From the NCBI GenBank assembly GCA_047967505.1, contig CM106538.1: a DNA stretch of 64,000 bases. One strand, given 5' to 3'. Positions 50,702-64,000 of the stretch are shown in pieces. The notes under the pieces are model-generated. The model made no database searches and had not been told where the DNA came from. It was given only the letters and a program-made list of their open reading frames with translations. A program made the position numbers and the translations under genes. The number at the start of each line of letters is the position of its first letter. Position 1 is the first letter of the stretch. The DNA is from Dipteris shenzhenensis. Lineage: Eukaryota.

Positions 50702-53700
50702 GCGCACGCTGACTCCCTTCTAATCTCACATGTGGTATCAGAGCTTTGGCTCCGCGTGAGATTCTGGCCCCCGTTGACGCCCTGAATGTTCCCCGACGCT
50801 ACCCCGATGTTTGGATACTCGTTTGCCGCTGTTTTTCGCACTCCATTGAGCTCTTTTTGCAGCCCCGAGCTGCCCGAACTCCTTCTCGAAGTGCTGGAAC
50901 TGTTTTGGTACTGTTTTGGGCTTCCTTTCACGCGTGTGAGCTACCCCTCGGTGTTCTTGGAGTTGGCCAGCTCTATTTTGGTCTCTCCTCACCATTTCGG
51001 GCGGCTCTTTGCTCGTGGGAAGGCCCGAGTGCCTCTTTCTCGGCAGACACTCTATTCTCTACCGTGCTCACCTTGAGTCTATTTTACTCAAGGTATTTCT
51101 TTCTATGACTCCCTCTGTGACTATAGTCGATCGGGGTGTCGTGGTTCGCAGGTACATCGTCACTTTGGCAGTGGATTGTGTGGCCTTGTGCTACATTTGG
51201 CTGTTAAAACAAAGTTTTTTTTTTGCCTTTTGGACGTTTACATGCTTTTGGGACATTTGACATGCTGGAATTGGTGCCCGGAAATGCATTTGGAATGACA
51301 TTGTAGTCACAAATCAAAGGGCTTTCTGGAAATTTTACTTCAAAAGTGTTGGTGGAGTTTATGCTTGCTGGAATCTTCCCAAATCCCTCTATTTTTTGAG
51401 GTGAAATCAAAAGGCCTTTGGCCCACTTCGTTTCAGAACTGTGTAATTAAGTTGGGGGGAAGATATACAGCCTTGGAAGCTCAGTTGAGCTTGGAAAATT
51501 TGGGGAAAGTGCCAAAAATCAGGCCTGAACTATAATTTTCTGTTTTTTGACAGTTTTAGGTCAGGTTTAACCAAGTTTGACTGTCCAGAAATGGAAAAAT
51601 CAGACATGATCTGTTTATTACTGTTTTAAGACAGTTTTGGGACAGTTTTGACACTTATTTGTTGAGGAAAAGTGAAGAAAAACAGTAAAATACAGAGCTG
51701 GACAGAAATTCCAGCAAGGGGTTTTGTGGATGCAAAGTGGTCTTTGACAGATCATGTTAAGTGGGAGTTTCCGCTCAGGGAGTACTATTTTGCAAATTTT
51801 TTTTTTTTTGCAAGAGTCTCCTTTCATCTAAAGCAATGGTTTCATCCTCCCAAGTTGAGACTTCTCAAGGCGGGAGCTACACCATTGAAAAGTTGGAGGG
51901 ACAAGTGAACTTCAACTATCGGAAGGAGCAAATATATGGTGTGTTGGTCATTAAAAAGCTTATCAAGCCAATCAGGCTACAAGGCGTTCAACCCGACGAT
52001 ATGGATGATGATGCATGGCTGGAACTTGATGATCTTGCCAAGTATACAATTTTGTTGTCCGTGTCAAAGAATGTCTACTTCGATGTGGCAGGTGAGACTA
52101 CTGTGTGGAAAGTTTGGCAAAAGTTGAGCAGTCTTTATGCAAAGGAAAGTGCAAGCAACAGGGTGTACTTGATGAAAAAGATCTTTGAAATGAAGATGAA
52201 AGAGGGTACACCAATGGGAACTCATCTCAATGAGTTCAACGGCCTTGTGAGCAAACTTATTGCTCAAAAGATGAACATTGATGAGGATATGAAGGCTGTT
52301 TTATTGCTTTGCACACTTCCCGAAAGTTGGGATACTTTCAGGACAACAGTGAGTAACAGTGCTCCTGCTTTTACAGGCTTGTCATACACTGATGTGGAGA
52401 GTTCTCTTCTCACTGAGGAGATGAACCGCAGGAACAATCAAAGTGGCAAAGCCTCTAGTGCTTTGAATGCACGTGGGAGATCTCAATCAAGGGGAAGAGG
52501 CAACAATGATAAGTCAAGGAGCAAGTCCCGCTCAAAGAAAGATATGGAATGCTTTTATTGTGGCAAAAAGGGACACATTCAAAAGTTTTGCTTTAAATGG
52601 AAAGCGGACAAGAAGGCAGGCAAGGTAGAGAGCAAAGGTGAAGATGCAAAAGATGTAAAAGGCAAAGGCAAGAGCAGTGTGAAGATAGAAGAGCTTAATG
52701 CAGTGACAGATGGTACCACTATACCTTATGTTCCTGAACATCATCATTCAATGATGTGCTTTTCGTGTCTGATGTGAATGCCCACTCACTCATTACAGGT
52801 GATTTAGCAGACAAGCTGGATTGGATTGTTGACTCAGACGCATCCTTTCATGTTACTCCTTATGAGGAGAGTTTTGTTACGTATTCCAGTGGGGATTATG
52901 GATGTGTTTATTTGGGGGACAACCATGCTTGTCCGATCACTGGAATTGGTGATATTCAGCTTGCTTTTGCAAATGGTAATCACTTTATGCTCAAGAATGT
53001 TAGACATGTTCCTATGCTAAAAAAGAATTTGATAAGTACAGGGCAGCTTGATGATGCAAATTTCTACACTACTTTTGGTGGGAAACAGTGGAAAATCAAG
53101 AAGGGTCAAATGGTATATGCCAAAGGACCAAAGATTGACACTTTGTATCATCTTATAGCTTCAGATGTCGTTGGACATTCTCTTGTAAATGAAACCGAGC
53201 TGCCAAATATTTCACTGTGGCATGGCCGGTTGGGACACATGAGTGTCAAAGGAATGGAAACCTTGGCCCGTTTTGGTTACTTGCCTTTGTATAAGTTTGC
53301 TGATTTGTCTCAGTGTGATCATTGCATTTATGGACGGCAAACTCAGAAGCCACATTCCAAGCATTTGTCACTTAGGAGTTCTCCAATGGATCTTATTCAT
53401 ACTGATGTGTGTGAAATGCCTCAGTTATCTTTGGGGGGAGCTCGTTATATCGTGACTTTTATTGATGATGCCACCGGTAAGGTGTGGGCATATCCTATTC
53501 GCTTCAAGAGTGAAGTTCTTGGCGTTTTTCAGAGGTTTCTTGCTATGGTTGAAAATCAGCCGGCAAGAAACTCAAGTGTTTACGCTCCGATAATGGTGGG
53601 GAATACATGTCAAAGGCTTTTCAAGAGTTTTGTGACAGTAAGGGTATCGAAAGGGAGTTACCTCCTCCCCATAATCCCAACCAAAATGGTGTTGCAGAGC

Positions 53701-56271
53701 GTATGAATCGAACCATTCAAGAGAAGGTTCGAAGTATGTTGTCACATGCTGCGTTACCCTATGTGTTTTGGGCTGAAGCTGTGCAAACAGCTGTTCACTT
53801 GATTAATAGGTCACCAAATAGGACAGTGGGACTCAAAGTGCCTGAAGAATTATGGACGGGAAAGCCTCCCTCATATAAGCACTTGAGAGTGTTTGGTTGT
53901 GTTGCGTTTGTGCACATACGCAGGGAAGATAGGACCAAACTTGAGCCCACGTCTCGCAAATGCATCTTTTTGGGCTATGGTGACAGTGGTGAATGGGGTT
54001 ATAAATTGTGGGATCCCGAAGCTAAAAAGCTTATACGCAGTAATGATGTCATTTTTCATGAAACATGCATGTATAAAACAGCCCCAAAGACTCAGGAAGT
54101 CAGAAGGGTTATTGATGAAGATGATGTGCATCATACACAGCAAAATCCAAGGGCTGTACAGCAGCAAATACAGCCCCAGGAACAGCCCCCAAATGCTGCA
54201 GAAGAGGCTCATGTTGAACCTCAAGAGGTAGCAGAAGTGTTGCCTCAAATTCAGCCACAAAATATTGAGCAACAGAACATGGAAATACAGCGGGAAGAGG
54301 TGGTACAGCCACCTATTTTTCAACAAGAATAGGATGTACAGCCAGCTCCAGGTGCTCCATGGATCAGAAGGTCTACCCGACAAACTCGTCCTCCAGACAG
54401 GTTTGTTCCTGGGGTTGACTTTGTATTGCTTACAGATTGTGGAGAGCCCTCATGCTTTAAGGAGGCTATGCAGAGGGATGATCATTTGAAGTGGGAGAGA
54501 GCCATGCAATCTGAAATGGCCTCTCTAAAAAAGAATGCAACATGGAACTTGGTGCCTTTGCCTGCAGGGAAGAAGGTATTGCCATGCAAATGGGTTTACA
54601 AGCTTAAGGTAGCACCTGCAGACTCCTCACCCAAGTATAAGGCACGGTTGGTTGCAAAGGGTTTCAAGCAAGAGAAGGGGATTGATTTTCATGAGATCTT
54701 CTCACCTGTGGTCAAAATGACTACATTGAGGACTGTTCTTGCTTTGGTTGCACATGATGATATGGAATTATTCCAGATGGACGTGAAGACAGCTTTTCTT
54801 CACAAGGATCTCCATGAGGAGATTTATATGCAGCAGCCAGAGGGTTTTGCAGTCAAAGGGAAAGAGGGTCTTGTCTGTAAGCTCCGGAAGAGTCTCTATG
54901 GCTTGAAGCAGGCACCCAGGGAATGGTATCATAAGTTTGATGCTTTCATGCACTCTCAGGGGTACAAAAGAAGTGAGGAGGATCATTGTACACCAAGAAG
55001 GCTTCAGATGGGAGTCTTCTCATCCTCATTTTGTATGTGGATGACATGCTTATTATAGGGAGTTGCACTCAAGAATTGGTTGCACTCAAGAAGGAGTTGC
55101 ATAAGACTTTTGAGATGACAAATCTTGGTAATGCCAATCATATACTTGGCATGCGTATTCTTAGGGATAGGGGTAAGAGAACTCTCTACTTGTCTCAGAA
55201 AGAATACATTGGGAAAGTGTTAAAACGTTTCAGCATGGATGAGGGGAAGAGTCTCTCTACTCCTTTACCTCCATATGTGAAACTTTCACAGGATGATAGC
55301 CCTAAGTTAGATGACGAGTAGGCTGCCATGGCCAAGATCCCTTATGCCTCAGCAGTTGGTAGTCTTATGTATGCTATGGTTGCTACATGTCCAGATATTG
55401 CATTTGCAGTGGGAGTTGTTAGCAGGTTTATGGCCAACCCTGGCAAAAGGCATTGGAATGTAGTGAAGGGTGTAATGAGGTACTTGAAGGGTACTCAAGA
55501 TGTGTGCATATGCTATGGCAAATCAGATGCATCTATCCAAGGATTTGTGGATGCAGACTATGCAGGTTGTGCAGACAGTAGACGGTCTACCACGGGTTAT
55601 GCTTTTACTTTCATTGGTGGTGCAATCTCGTGGATTTCTTGTATGCAGAAATGCATTGCTTTGTCTACCACTGAGGCAGAATATGTTGCAGCCACTGAGG
55701 CATGCAAGGAGGCTTTATGGCTTTCTCGTCTAGTGGGAGCTTTGGGTATTTCAAGAGGGATTCTAGTGTTGCATTGTGACAGTCAAAGTGCTATCATGTT
55801 GGCTAGGAACCCTGTGTTTCATGCCAAGACTAAGCACATTGATGTGAAATATCATTTTATCCGTGAGGTGCTTGATGGTAAGCTACTTGAGCTTGTTAAA
55901 GTGCACACAGATGATAACTTTGCAGATGTTTTCACAAAGAGTCTGCCCTCAGAGAAACATGCACATTGTATCAAACTCGTGGGTGTCGGATAGGCCATTT
56001 GTCTTTTCTTTTGGCTTGTACATTATTGTATTTTATACATCACTTTTAGGCACATTGGCCTTTAAGTGGGAGATTGTTGGGGGTAAAGGCCCATTTATGC
56101 CTAGACCCCTATGACACCCTTATGTGTGTACATACTTGTACTTAGAGTTTGTACCTTTCGAATATAAAACATGAGGTGTTGTGGTGTGCACCTGACCATT
56201 CTCATTTTACACACCCACCATTGTGTGTTCTTGCTCTCTCTCTCTCGCGCTCACTCCCTTCTAATCTCACA
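50462..56271 (+). mobile_element. Full-length but mutated Ty1/Copia LTR retrotransposon, same lineage as element 1
   Basis: LTRs 50462-50730 and 56075-56271. Perfect TSD GCACA (50457-50461 / 56272-56276). PBS at 50733-50744. PPT AAGTGGGAGA. Confidence 0.96.
51836..55993 (+). pseudogene. Copia gag-pol with frameshifts (~52745, ~53560, ~54988) and stops (54330, 55319)
   Basis: CCHC 'CFYCGKKGHIQKFC', 'WIVDSDASFH', 'WHGRLGH', 'KARLVAKGF', 'YVDDM' and 'DNFADVFTK' spread over six ORFs. Confidence 0.92.
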
Positions 56272-58064
56272 GCACAGTCCCATGAAGTGAATTGTTGCCA
56301 TCCTTAACTAACTTGGATGACACAATATCAACCCATAGCAATTGTCCATCACTACCTTAGCTTTCCTGGGTTGGGAACGGTGAGGAAAATTGACAATACT
56401 AAGAAGGAAAAAACAAAGCATGAGCTACAACAACCTCATTACAAAGCTAAGGCTTGGGTCAACAAGGAGGAGCTTCCCTAGGTTGGGAAAGGTTAAGAAG
56501 GTTAACAATGCTAAGAAGGAAATGGCATTACATGAGTTGGAATGACCTTATAGCAAAGCTAAGGCTTGGTCAACAAGGAGGTGTGCACCAACCTCACCTG
56601 GCTCCTGCTCAACAAATATAGTATCAGGGGATAGGTGTGGTGCCCAATGTGTAATGAAAATCATTTGAGCACTAGATACACATATAGAGAAGGCCTATGA
56701 TGATCCTATAGAAGTATTGTAGCATCATTGTCATATATGCAATCATTAAACAACGAGCTATAGACTTAATCCAAGAATAGATTGCTTAGAATGCAACATC
56801 AATAAATGCCACCCCAAAACCCAAGCTAGCCAAGAAGAGTCAATGCTATACACTATATAAAGATGACACATGGACTATCCCAATATACACATCCCCCACC
56901 TTCCCCACTACCTTGAGGAGACTAATAGAAACTTTGCAAGTTGTTTCAAGTTCTTTGAATCCCATCACATGGCAAACTACCCCCTTAGGATTCAAGGAGG
57001 AACATTTCAATTGCTTTACAAAGACTAAGAATTGGATATCGATAGTTGTATTCCTACGTTACAAAGAGTCTAGCAACAAAATCCTCATCACCCTTGAATG
57101 ATACTTCCTGCATGTGGAGTGCAAAAGAGGCAGTGCATCATAGACAAAATGAGAACTTCAACCTAGTTGAGACATAGAGAATGTATAGTTCAACCACAAG
57201 GCCTATAAAAGAAAACATTTACAAGCTAGGGAATTGCCAATGATTGATCGTGTAGGACACCTTAGAGCTTATTTGGGCATGTATAACCCTTAACGAAGGT
57301 TTTATACCAATTTACCAACCTACTAGCATCAACTTTCTTACCTATCAAAATTGCTATTGCCCTTGTTCTTCTAATTCTAATTGTCAAATTTAAATAGCAG
57401 TTCATTGATATCAAAGCTCACGTGTAGAAGAATACGAATAGCTTTCGCTCTTTAATTACAATAGAGTAAACATCTCTTTTATTAGCTCAATGACCTTCCT
57501 TGCCGAAAAAGAACAACTAGGGCAAATCATTTATTAGAAAGGATGGCATACCATAGAAAATGATGATGTTGATCTCATGCCCTTTAGGAGCTAGGCATTT
57601 CGAGTCAATTCATTAGCTTTTTCGTTGTGACAAATGGTTTTTTGCCACACTTGCGTTATAGTTCAACATACGAGCCTGATTTTGACGTGCCAACCTATGG
57701 ATCCAATCTTCCTCGCTTGACGTTTCAAGAGAACACACAATGACTAAGGGTGAATTTGTCTTGCCTAGGAGCTACGATCCAATTGTCCTCACAAGGTGAA
57801 CAATGTATGCAATGTGGAGTGTGGACTAGATGTTGGTTAAGTCAAGTGAACAAGTGTGTTGATTGCTCAGGATATAAGCTATACTTATGACTAAAAGATG
57901 GTGGAAAGGCAGGGTGCAGAGTTGTTCGACCTGGGCGATCTGTAGAGCATGAAACTTGATCAGGTACACAGTTGATCTCGCAGTTTCTCGCCATCTATCT
58001 CTGCATTCTAATCAAACTGAAGGGTTTTCGTCGGCGGGGGCTACCTTCTGTCTCAAGACTTGAG

Positions 58065-59522
58065 ATGGGTGAGGTCCCTCCAGTTCCAAACTCAGGGAGT
58101 GACAACGATGTCCCTAGCTCTCCCGGGAGAAAGCCTAGCCATCCAAAGGTCTCTCTTCTCCCCTTAGTCTTTCTAATTTTCTATGAGGTTTCTGGGGGAC
58201 CTTTCGGTATCGAAGATTCAGTACAGGCCGGGGGTCCATTATTAGCTCTCATTGGGTTTCTGGTCTTTCCCTTTATTTGGAGCGTTCCAGAGGCCCTCAT
58301 AACGGCTGAGATGGGAACGATGTTCCCAGAAAATGGTGGTTATGTGGTCTGGATATCGGAAGCGTTTGGCCCTTTCTGGGGTTTCCAGCAAGGATGGTGG
58401 AAGTGGTTGAGCGGTGTGATAGATAATGCACTCTATCCCGTTCTTTTCCTTGACTACTTAAAGTTTGTTATTCCGGCGGTTGGCAGTGGGCCGGTTCGAG
58501 TCATCGCTGTTCTTGTAATCACAACAGCTCTCACGTACTTGAACTATCGAGGGCTTGCTATAGTGGGTTGGGCAGCTGTGGGCTTAGGAGTCTTCTCCCT
58601 TCTTCCTTTTGGTCTTATGGCTATCCTAGCACTGCCTCAGTTAAAGCCATCCCGTTGGCTCATGGTTGATTTTACCAGTGTTGATTGGAACACTTACCTG
58701 AACACACTCTTTTGGAACTTGAACTATTGGGACTCTGTGAGCACACTTGTTGGAGAGGTCGATAACCCACACAGAACTCTTCCAAAGGCACTATTTTTCG
58801 CAGTGTTGTTGGTTGTTGGTGGCTACTTCATTCCTCTGTTGGCAGGTACAGGCTCTATAGATGTGGTAAGAAGCAAATGGAACGCTGGTTACTTTGCAGA
58901 TGTTGCCATGATCCTTGGTGGTGTGGCTCTGAAGTGGTGGATTGAGGCATCTGCTGCACTATCAAACATGGGAATGTTTGAGGCTGAAATGAGTAGTGAT
59001 TCTTTCCAGCTCCTTGGTATGGCAGAACGGGGGATGTTGCCACAGTTTTTTGCAACTCGATCGGTCCATGGGACTCCAACTTTAGGCATTCTTGCCTCTG
59101 CGACAGGTGTGGTTCTTCTTTCGTGGATGACATTTCAAGAAATCATAGCAGCAGAAAATTACTTATATTGCTTTGGCATGCTTGCCGAGTTTGCAGCTTT
59201 TATATGGCTTAGGATTTATAGGGCTGAGATGTGCCGGCCTTTTAGGATACCTCTTGGCACTATTGGAGTTATTCTTATATGCATCCCACCTACTGTTTTG
59301 CTTATCCTGGTGATGGTGCTTGCAACCTGGAAGGTCATCATTATTTCCTTCATTGCAGCGTTTATAGGATGTGTGCTTTATCCTTGTTTGCTGTTTGCAA
59401 AACATAAAAACTTGTTTCAGTTCAGCGTCAGTCCAGAATTTGCAACCATCTTGGTTGAGGGGATAGCCAATCCACAGAACACTAAAGATTCTGATGAAGC
59501 AGAGATTGGATTGTTGCATTGA
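58065..59522 (+). CDS. PUT: Polyamine uptake / L-type amino acid transporter (PUT/LAT, RMV1-like; APC superfamily), 485 aa
   Basis: Uninterrupted ORF with the family motifs '[21 protein letters not shown]', '[24 protein letters not shown]', '[12 protein letters not shown]' and '[22 protein letters not shown]', plus multiple hydrophobic helices. The symbol is family-level. A short 5' extension via a mini-intron is possible. Confidence 0.93.
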   Translation: MGEVPPVPNSGSDNDVPSSPGRKPSHPKVSLLPLVFLIFYEVSGGPFGIEDSVQAGGPLLALIGFLVFPFIWSVPEALITAEMGTMFPENGGYVVWISEAFGPFWGFQQGWWKWLSGVIDNALYPVLFLDYLKFVIPAVGSGPVRVIAVLVITTALTYLNYRGLAIVGWAAVGLGVFSLLPFGLMAILALPQLKPSRWLMVDFTSVDWNTYLNTLFWNLNYWDSVSTLVGEVDNPHRTLPKALFFAVLLVVGGYFIPLLAGTGSIDVVRSKWNAGYFADVAMILGGVALKWWIEASAALSNMGMFEAEMSSDSFQLLGMAERGMLPQFFATRSVHGTPTLGILASATGVVLLSWMTFQEIIAAENYLYCFGMLAEFAAFIWLRIYRAEMCRPFRIPLGTIGVILICIPPTVLLILVMVLATWKVIIISFIAAFIGCVLYPCLLFAKHKNLFQFSVSPEFATILVEGIANPQNTKDSDEAEIGLLH

Positions 59523-60479
59523 GAAATCAGATGACAGCTGTCATATATAAAATTTGTATACAAGGAAACAAGTAGCCATAGTATCAATCACCTGGTTATT
59601 TAGGATTCAAGAGACTGAAATCTTTCAAATATCCAGATGGCCGTGTATGTGTGGCTACAGATGATAATACTCCCCCCCCCCCCCGCCCCCCTCTCTCTCT
59701 CTATCTCTCTCTGTGTCACTATGAAGATATATATATACAGGTTAAGCATGAAGTGTAAAACCCACCTGCTTCCTTTGCTTGCATGTGAATACTATGTGCA
59801 GATTCTTGCATTCAAGTTAACTTTTGTGCAGTGTTTATACCTGCGGCAGAGTAGAGAGGGTCTCAGTTTTTCATCTTTTCATCACCAAAACTAATGTTTT
59901 GTGTTTCATGTCACCCTTTGGCATCCACTTATTTTCCCTTCCAGATTCTCATCTTGCAAATTCCCTAATGGCTGCTCTGTGTGCATGCGTGCGCATGTGT
60001 GGGTGTGTGTGTCTAAGAGAGAGAAAGAGAGAGAGAGAGGATTTAAGGGAAACCAAGAACTAAAAGCTCCTTGGTGCAAGAAAAAGTCAGCAACATACAT
60101 ATTTCTCCTCTGTAATCAATATATAGGCTGGAACATTAGCTGGAGAACGCCTGTAGAGACCGGCAAACACTATTTGAAACTAGAGGAGAGCTTCAAGTGA
60201 GCCTTGAACAAAGCTTTAGTCTGCAAAGGCAGAGCTTTTTCACGAAGATGTTACACAAGAGCACCTGGTATTTTTACAGTACCACACACGGTCAAAAGGA
60301 CATTTATGTTTAGGGGATTATTCCTAGCATGACACAGCTCTTGCTAAAAAAATTTACTTTATTCTAAAAAACATGATTTATGTGGAATGAAGAGAGAAGT
60401 ATGATGGCTGTCCATGCTTATGTGGTTCAATATGATGTTTTAGTGGAGTATGTACTATGTACTGCAAACAACTTTTGAT

Positions 60480-61060
60480 AATAGACCTCAGGAATCATCA
60501 GCAGATAATGTTGATGTATGCATACAGAAGCCATAATTGGTTAGCTAGTGGGGGAGTGATGTTCCAAGCAGACAGCAGCCTTTGGAATCAGTAACAAACA
60601 CCAGCCTTTCTGGGGTACTGCTCCTCAGTTATTGAAGGTCCCAAGCACCTTCATCTTGAGGTAATCCTTGCCTCATACATGGGGGGCAACTCCTCCAAAG
60701 CATGCACATAATGTCCAATGTGTCTCTCGAGTAGGGTCATTGTTGGCTGCGGGAAGCAATGGAATGGGAGTGGAATCCAAGGGAGCAAAACAACAGGCTG
60801 AAGCAATCGTGAGTACTTGCAAATGCATAATGAGAAAGTATGGCCTATATGGCCCCGAAGTCAACCATATGGTTGACCCGTGAGGAAGGGTGGATTGAGT
60901 CCTAAGACTAGCCTACAAGGCCATACCAGGGCTAAGTGCTAACAAACCTCCCTTCATGGTATGGCTGAAGTATCTAGCATACATCTCAGGTATACCTAGA
61001 AAGTATATAATGGATTGTCTATATTCGTCCAAGCAAGTTATGACATCACGCAACAAATGG
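60480..61060 (-). mobile_element. Possible highly decayed LINE RT remnant
   Basis: Minus-strand 'LLIPKA' and 'LSADDS' resemble RT motifs; otherwise little signal. Confidence 0.3.
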
Positions 61061-61067
61061 TGCCATG

Positions 61068-64000
61068 TGTAAGGTATGTCGCCATGGTAGAGCCTTCGTG
61101 AAGAGATTTGCTAAGTTGTCCTCTGTTGGTGTTACGTCAACCATAATTGTGAAAGAGTGGGAGACGCATTTTAGGCTCGATTCTAGGACTTAGGCATTAA
61201 GGAGGTGTGCAATGAGGATCTATGAGACTATTTCAAGGGTAAGGTCCCTTTGGGACACATGGCATCAAATTAACAGCCACTTGGCAAGTGTTGGGTTCAG
61301 GGGAGGCTTCTAGTGGGGAGAGCTCATATTGGAAGAAAGTAGAGAGAGAGAGGGAATACACGAGAGCAGCTCCCAAGAAGCCGTGGTTGGGTGGTGAACA
61401 TTTGGACAGCCCTCTTAGTCAGTTAAATGTTTCATTGGTATCAGAGCTTGGAAAAGACGTGAGGTTCTTGATCACGGTGGAGAACAGAAGTGTTTGGTGG
61501 AGATGTCGGAGAACAGAAGTGTTTGGGTGCCCTCGCATAACGAAGAGCAGAGTCTATGGCGCCAGCATGTGTGGTTGGATTATGTCGGGCAGGTGGAGGA
61601 TGGTGTAGGAAACCTCAAGGTGACAGGGCTTCAGGTCTAGCTGGAAGAGAAACTTGTGCCCCTTCGTTGTCTACCAAACGTCTTGTGGGCTGAGTTGAGG
61701 AGTCGCCACCAGTACAACTCATGTGTTGATTGGAATGAAGGTGTTGGCGAAGATGGTAGATGCTTTTGTGTTCTCTAAGGTTACGATGGAAGAGTATGGA
61801 CCGTATCAATGTGGGACAACTAAAAGGGCATAGGGACAACTGAAAGGGCATAGAGGTGAACTATCTTGTGCTGTTCTCTATGCATCTTGTTTTTGTGCGA
61901 ATCGAGCCACGACATTTGAAGTCTACAGTGCACTGAAGATTATCAGTGTCTACGGAACAAACAACAAAAGCAATGGATGAAGCGCATCAACGAGGTAGGC
62001 TCATAGTAATATCCAATGAGGCTTCAAGTGCTTTGTAGCTGTCCTCGACTGCCTCTGCAAAAGCTTTCCATGCGACTTTTAATTCGGCATCACCTTCACT
62101 CCCCGGGCAATGAAATATAGAGCATGGGCAAAGTTCACTGTATGCTCTTCGTCTGTGCGCAAGCGATTGGATTTGCTGTCATGGGCTTCGTCAGATTCTG
62201 TGTGAAATTGATTTTTATCCGATGTGATAGCGCTAAAGCTGCCAATCCGTTATTTAGACCTTCACTCCACTCCAGTTCAGTTCATCGTCACTGCTAACCA
62301 AGAGATCCCAGGAAGAAGAAAATGCGTCGTCATGTCATTCAAAGGTTTCAAAACCTTATAAAGAATAAGCCATAGACCTCAAGAAAAAGCCATGTCACCA
62401 TCGTGTAAAGACCCCTCTAAAGCTTCTTTTTTTCTAAACGTTTAAAAGCCTCTTATCCTCTTCCTCTCCAAATTACATCGATCTTTTTAGTCTCGCCAAA
62501 TTCAAAAGTTCGAGGAGTTCAAGACTTGGTGGCTAAGCAAAGAGCGCACACGGAGACTTGCATTTAGTGGATCGACGTGGAAGAGTGGAATTGAAAGGCG
62601 AGATCGCAAATTAAAGAGCGCAAAGATTTCAAAGACAAATCCAAAGTCTCAAACAAATCGCAGGGAAGTGGCCATCATATTTTTCCCTTGATAAAGCCTT
62701 TTGTTTTATAATATTTGGAAAATTCTCATTTTTAAAATGACAAGCCTAGAAAGAGAGGAGATGATTAGGGAAAGAGAGGAAAGGGCTAGGAAAGAAAAAG
62801 CGATTATGAAAGAGGAAACACATGAGGAAGCTCGTGACAAAATTCAAGATGATAGTATGGAAATGGAGGATGTCAATTATGGTGATTGTGGAATTCCGTA
62901 TTTGGAATTCATTAAACTTGAAACTAGAACACAAAAAATGGAAACGCAGTTAGGGACAATTAATGACACATTAAAAGCCATAATTGAGGCCATATCTAAA
63001 CTATCCGATTCTCAATCAGTAAGTCTTATGGCACAATCACCGAGTCCTCCTAGCCAGATTGAGAGGTCCACCTCTCGACTTAAAGAAACCTTTATTATTC
63101 TTAAGGACTTCAAACCACCAACTTTCAATGGGGAAGAAAAAGAATGCAATAAGGACACGATAAATACATTCTTGCCGAAATGCCAAGACTTCCATCGACT
63201 CAAGAATATCCTTCCTAAAAATCAAGTCGTCGAAGCGAGTCTTTCCCTTGGAAATAAGGCATATAAATGGTGGATGTGCTTAAGAGAAAATGATAGAATT
63301 CCTAAGTATTGGGTTGAATTTGAACAAGCCTTCTTAAAAGAGTTTTTATGTGAAAATGAGTTAGAAAGAGCTTGGGAGGTTTGGGACAATTATACTATGG
63401 GTAAAAACACAGTACGTAGCGAACCATAGCGACGCAATCCTTAAGCTGATAGGAATTGATGAATTCCAAAAGTTAAGGGGTTTCGCGAGAGCTCCTGAAA
63501 AACACCTATAAGGTTTAGATGAGATGAAATTCTCCCAAAACCTTTGAAGAAGCAATTACCAAAGTTGGAACTTCAAAACAAATAGGTTTTTCTCCTAAGT
63601 TCAATAAATTTCCCATTTTGAAAAGGAAGGAGCACTTCAAGAAGGAGGTTTCTCAGGTACCACCTAAGAAACCTCACACACAGAAATATTTTCTCCCAAA
63701 GAAAGAGGATTATGAAAGGGTCAAGCAGGAAAATCTTTGCTTCCTATGTTTGGGCAAAGACCATGCTGCTTGGAACTGTCCTAAAAACAAACAAGCGGGA
63801 GCTAAAGCTCCAAATAAACCTTCACAAAAACAAGTACATGCGGTGTAGGTGTTGCTGCTTAATGGTACTAAAAAGTACATTGAGGTTGAGGTTTATCATG
63901 AGGGTAGCACCCACATGTGCTCAACCATAGGGCATGAAACACTTGCATTTTGGTGTGGCTTTGAAGGCTTGAGTCTAGGTTTTATACCTAGGCTTAGGCA
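61068..64000 (+). mobile_element. 5' part of a Ty3/Gypsy element (LTR, PBS, long leader, degenerate gag), runs off the window
   Basis: LTR about 61068-61434 (TGTAAG...TTTCA; start uncertain). PBS TGGTATCAGAGC at 61436-61447. Gag from ATG 62737: 'DFKPPTFNGE', 'LSLGNKAYKWW', 'WVEFEQAFLKEF', and CCHC 'CFLCLGKDHAAWNC' (~63740-63780). Confidence 0.8.

Overview
Eukaryotic land-plant genomic DNA. Giant TE-filled introns and the TE families suggest a large-genome seed-free plant such as a fern, which is an inference. Two host genes are present. (1) A nuclear-encoded plastid 50S ribosomal protein L5 on the minus strand: exons 41621-41325, 41218-41018 and 17566-17201, 287 aa, with a 23,451-bp second intron built from nested transposons. 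(2) A PUT/LAT-family polyamine transporter at 58065-59522 (+). Intron 2 contains a gag-only Copia-type element split by a LINE (16-bp TSD, poly-A). That LINE is in turn split by a very young Ty1/Copia with identical 241-bp LTRs. A second, opposite-strand LINE in the same intron is interrupted by two solo-LTR-like inserts. A degenerate Helentron-type element (Rep, Pif1 helicase, C-terminal AP endonuclease) ends about 140 bp upstream of the RPL5 start codon. A second, older Copia of the same lineage lies at 50462-56271, and LINE and Gypsy remnants fill most of the rest. The most notable leads are the dense, partly phased GTAC/CCGTAC (SPL/copper-response-type) motif array in the young Copia LTR and leader, the endonuclease-bearing Helentron at the RPL5 promoter, the gag-only element, and a protease-like domain downstream of a Gypsy integrase.
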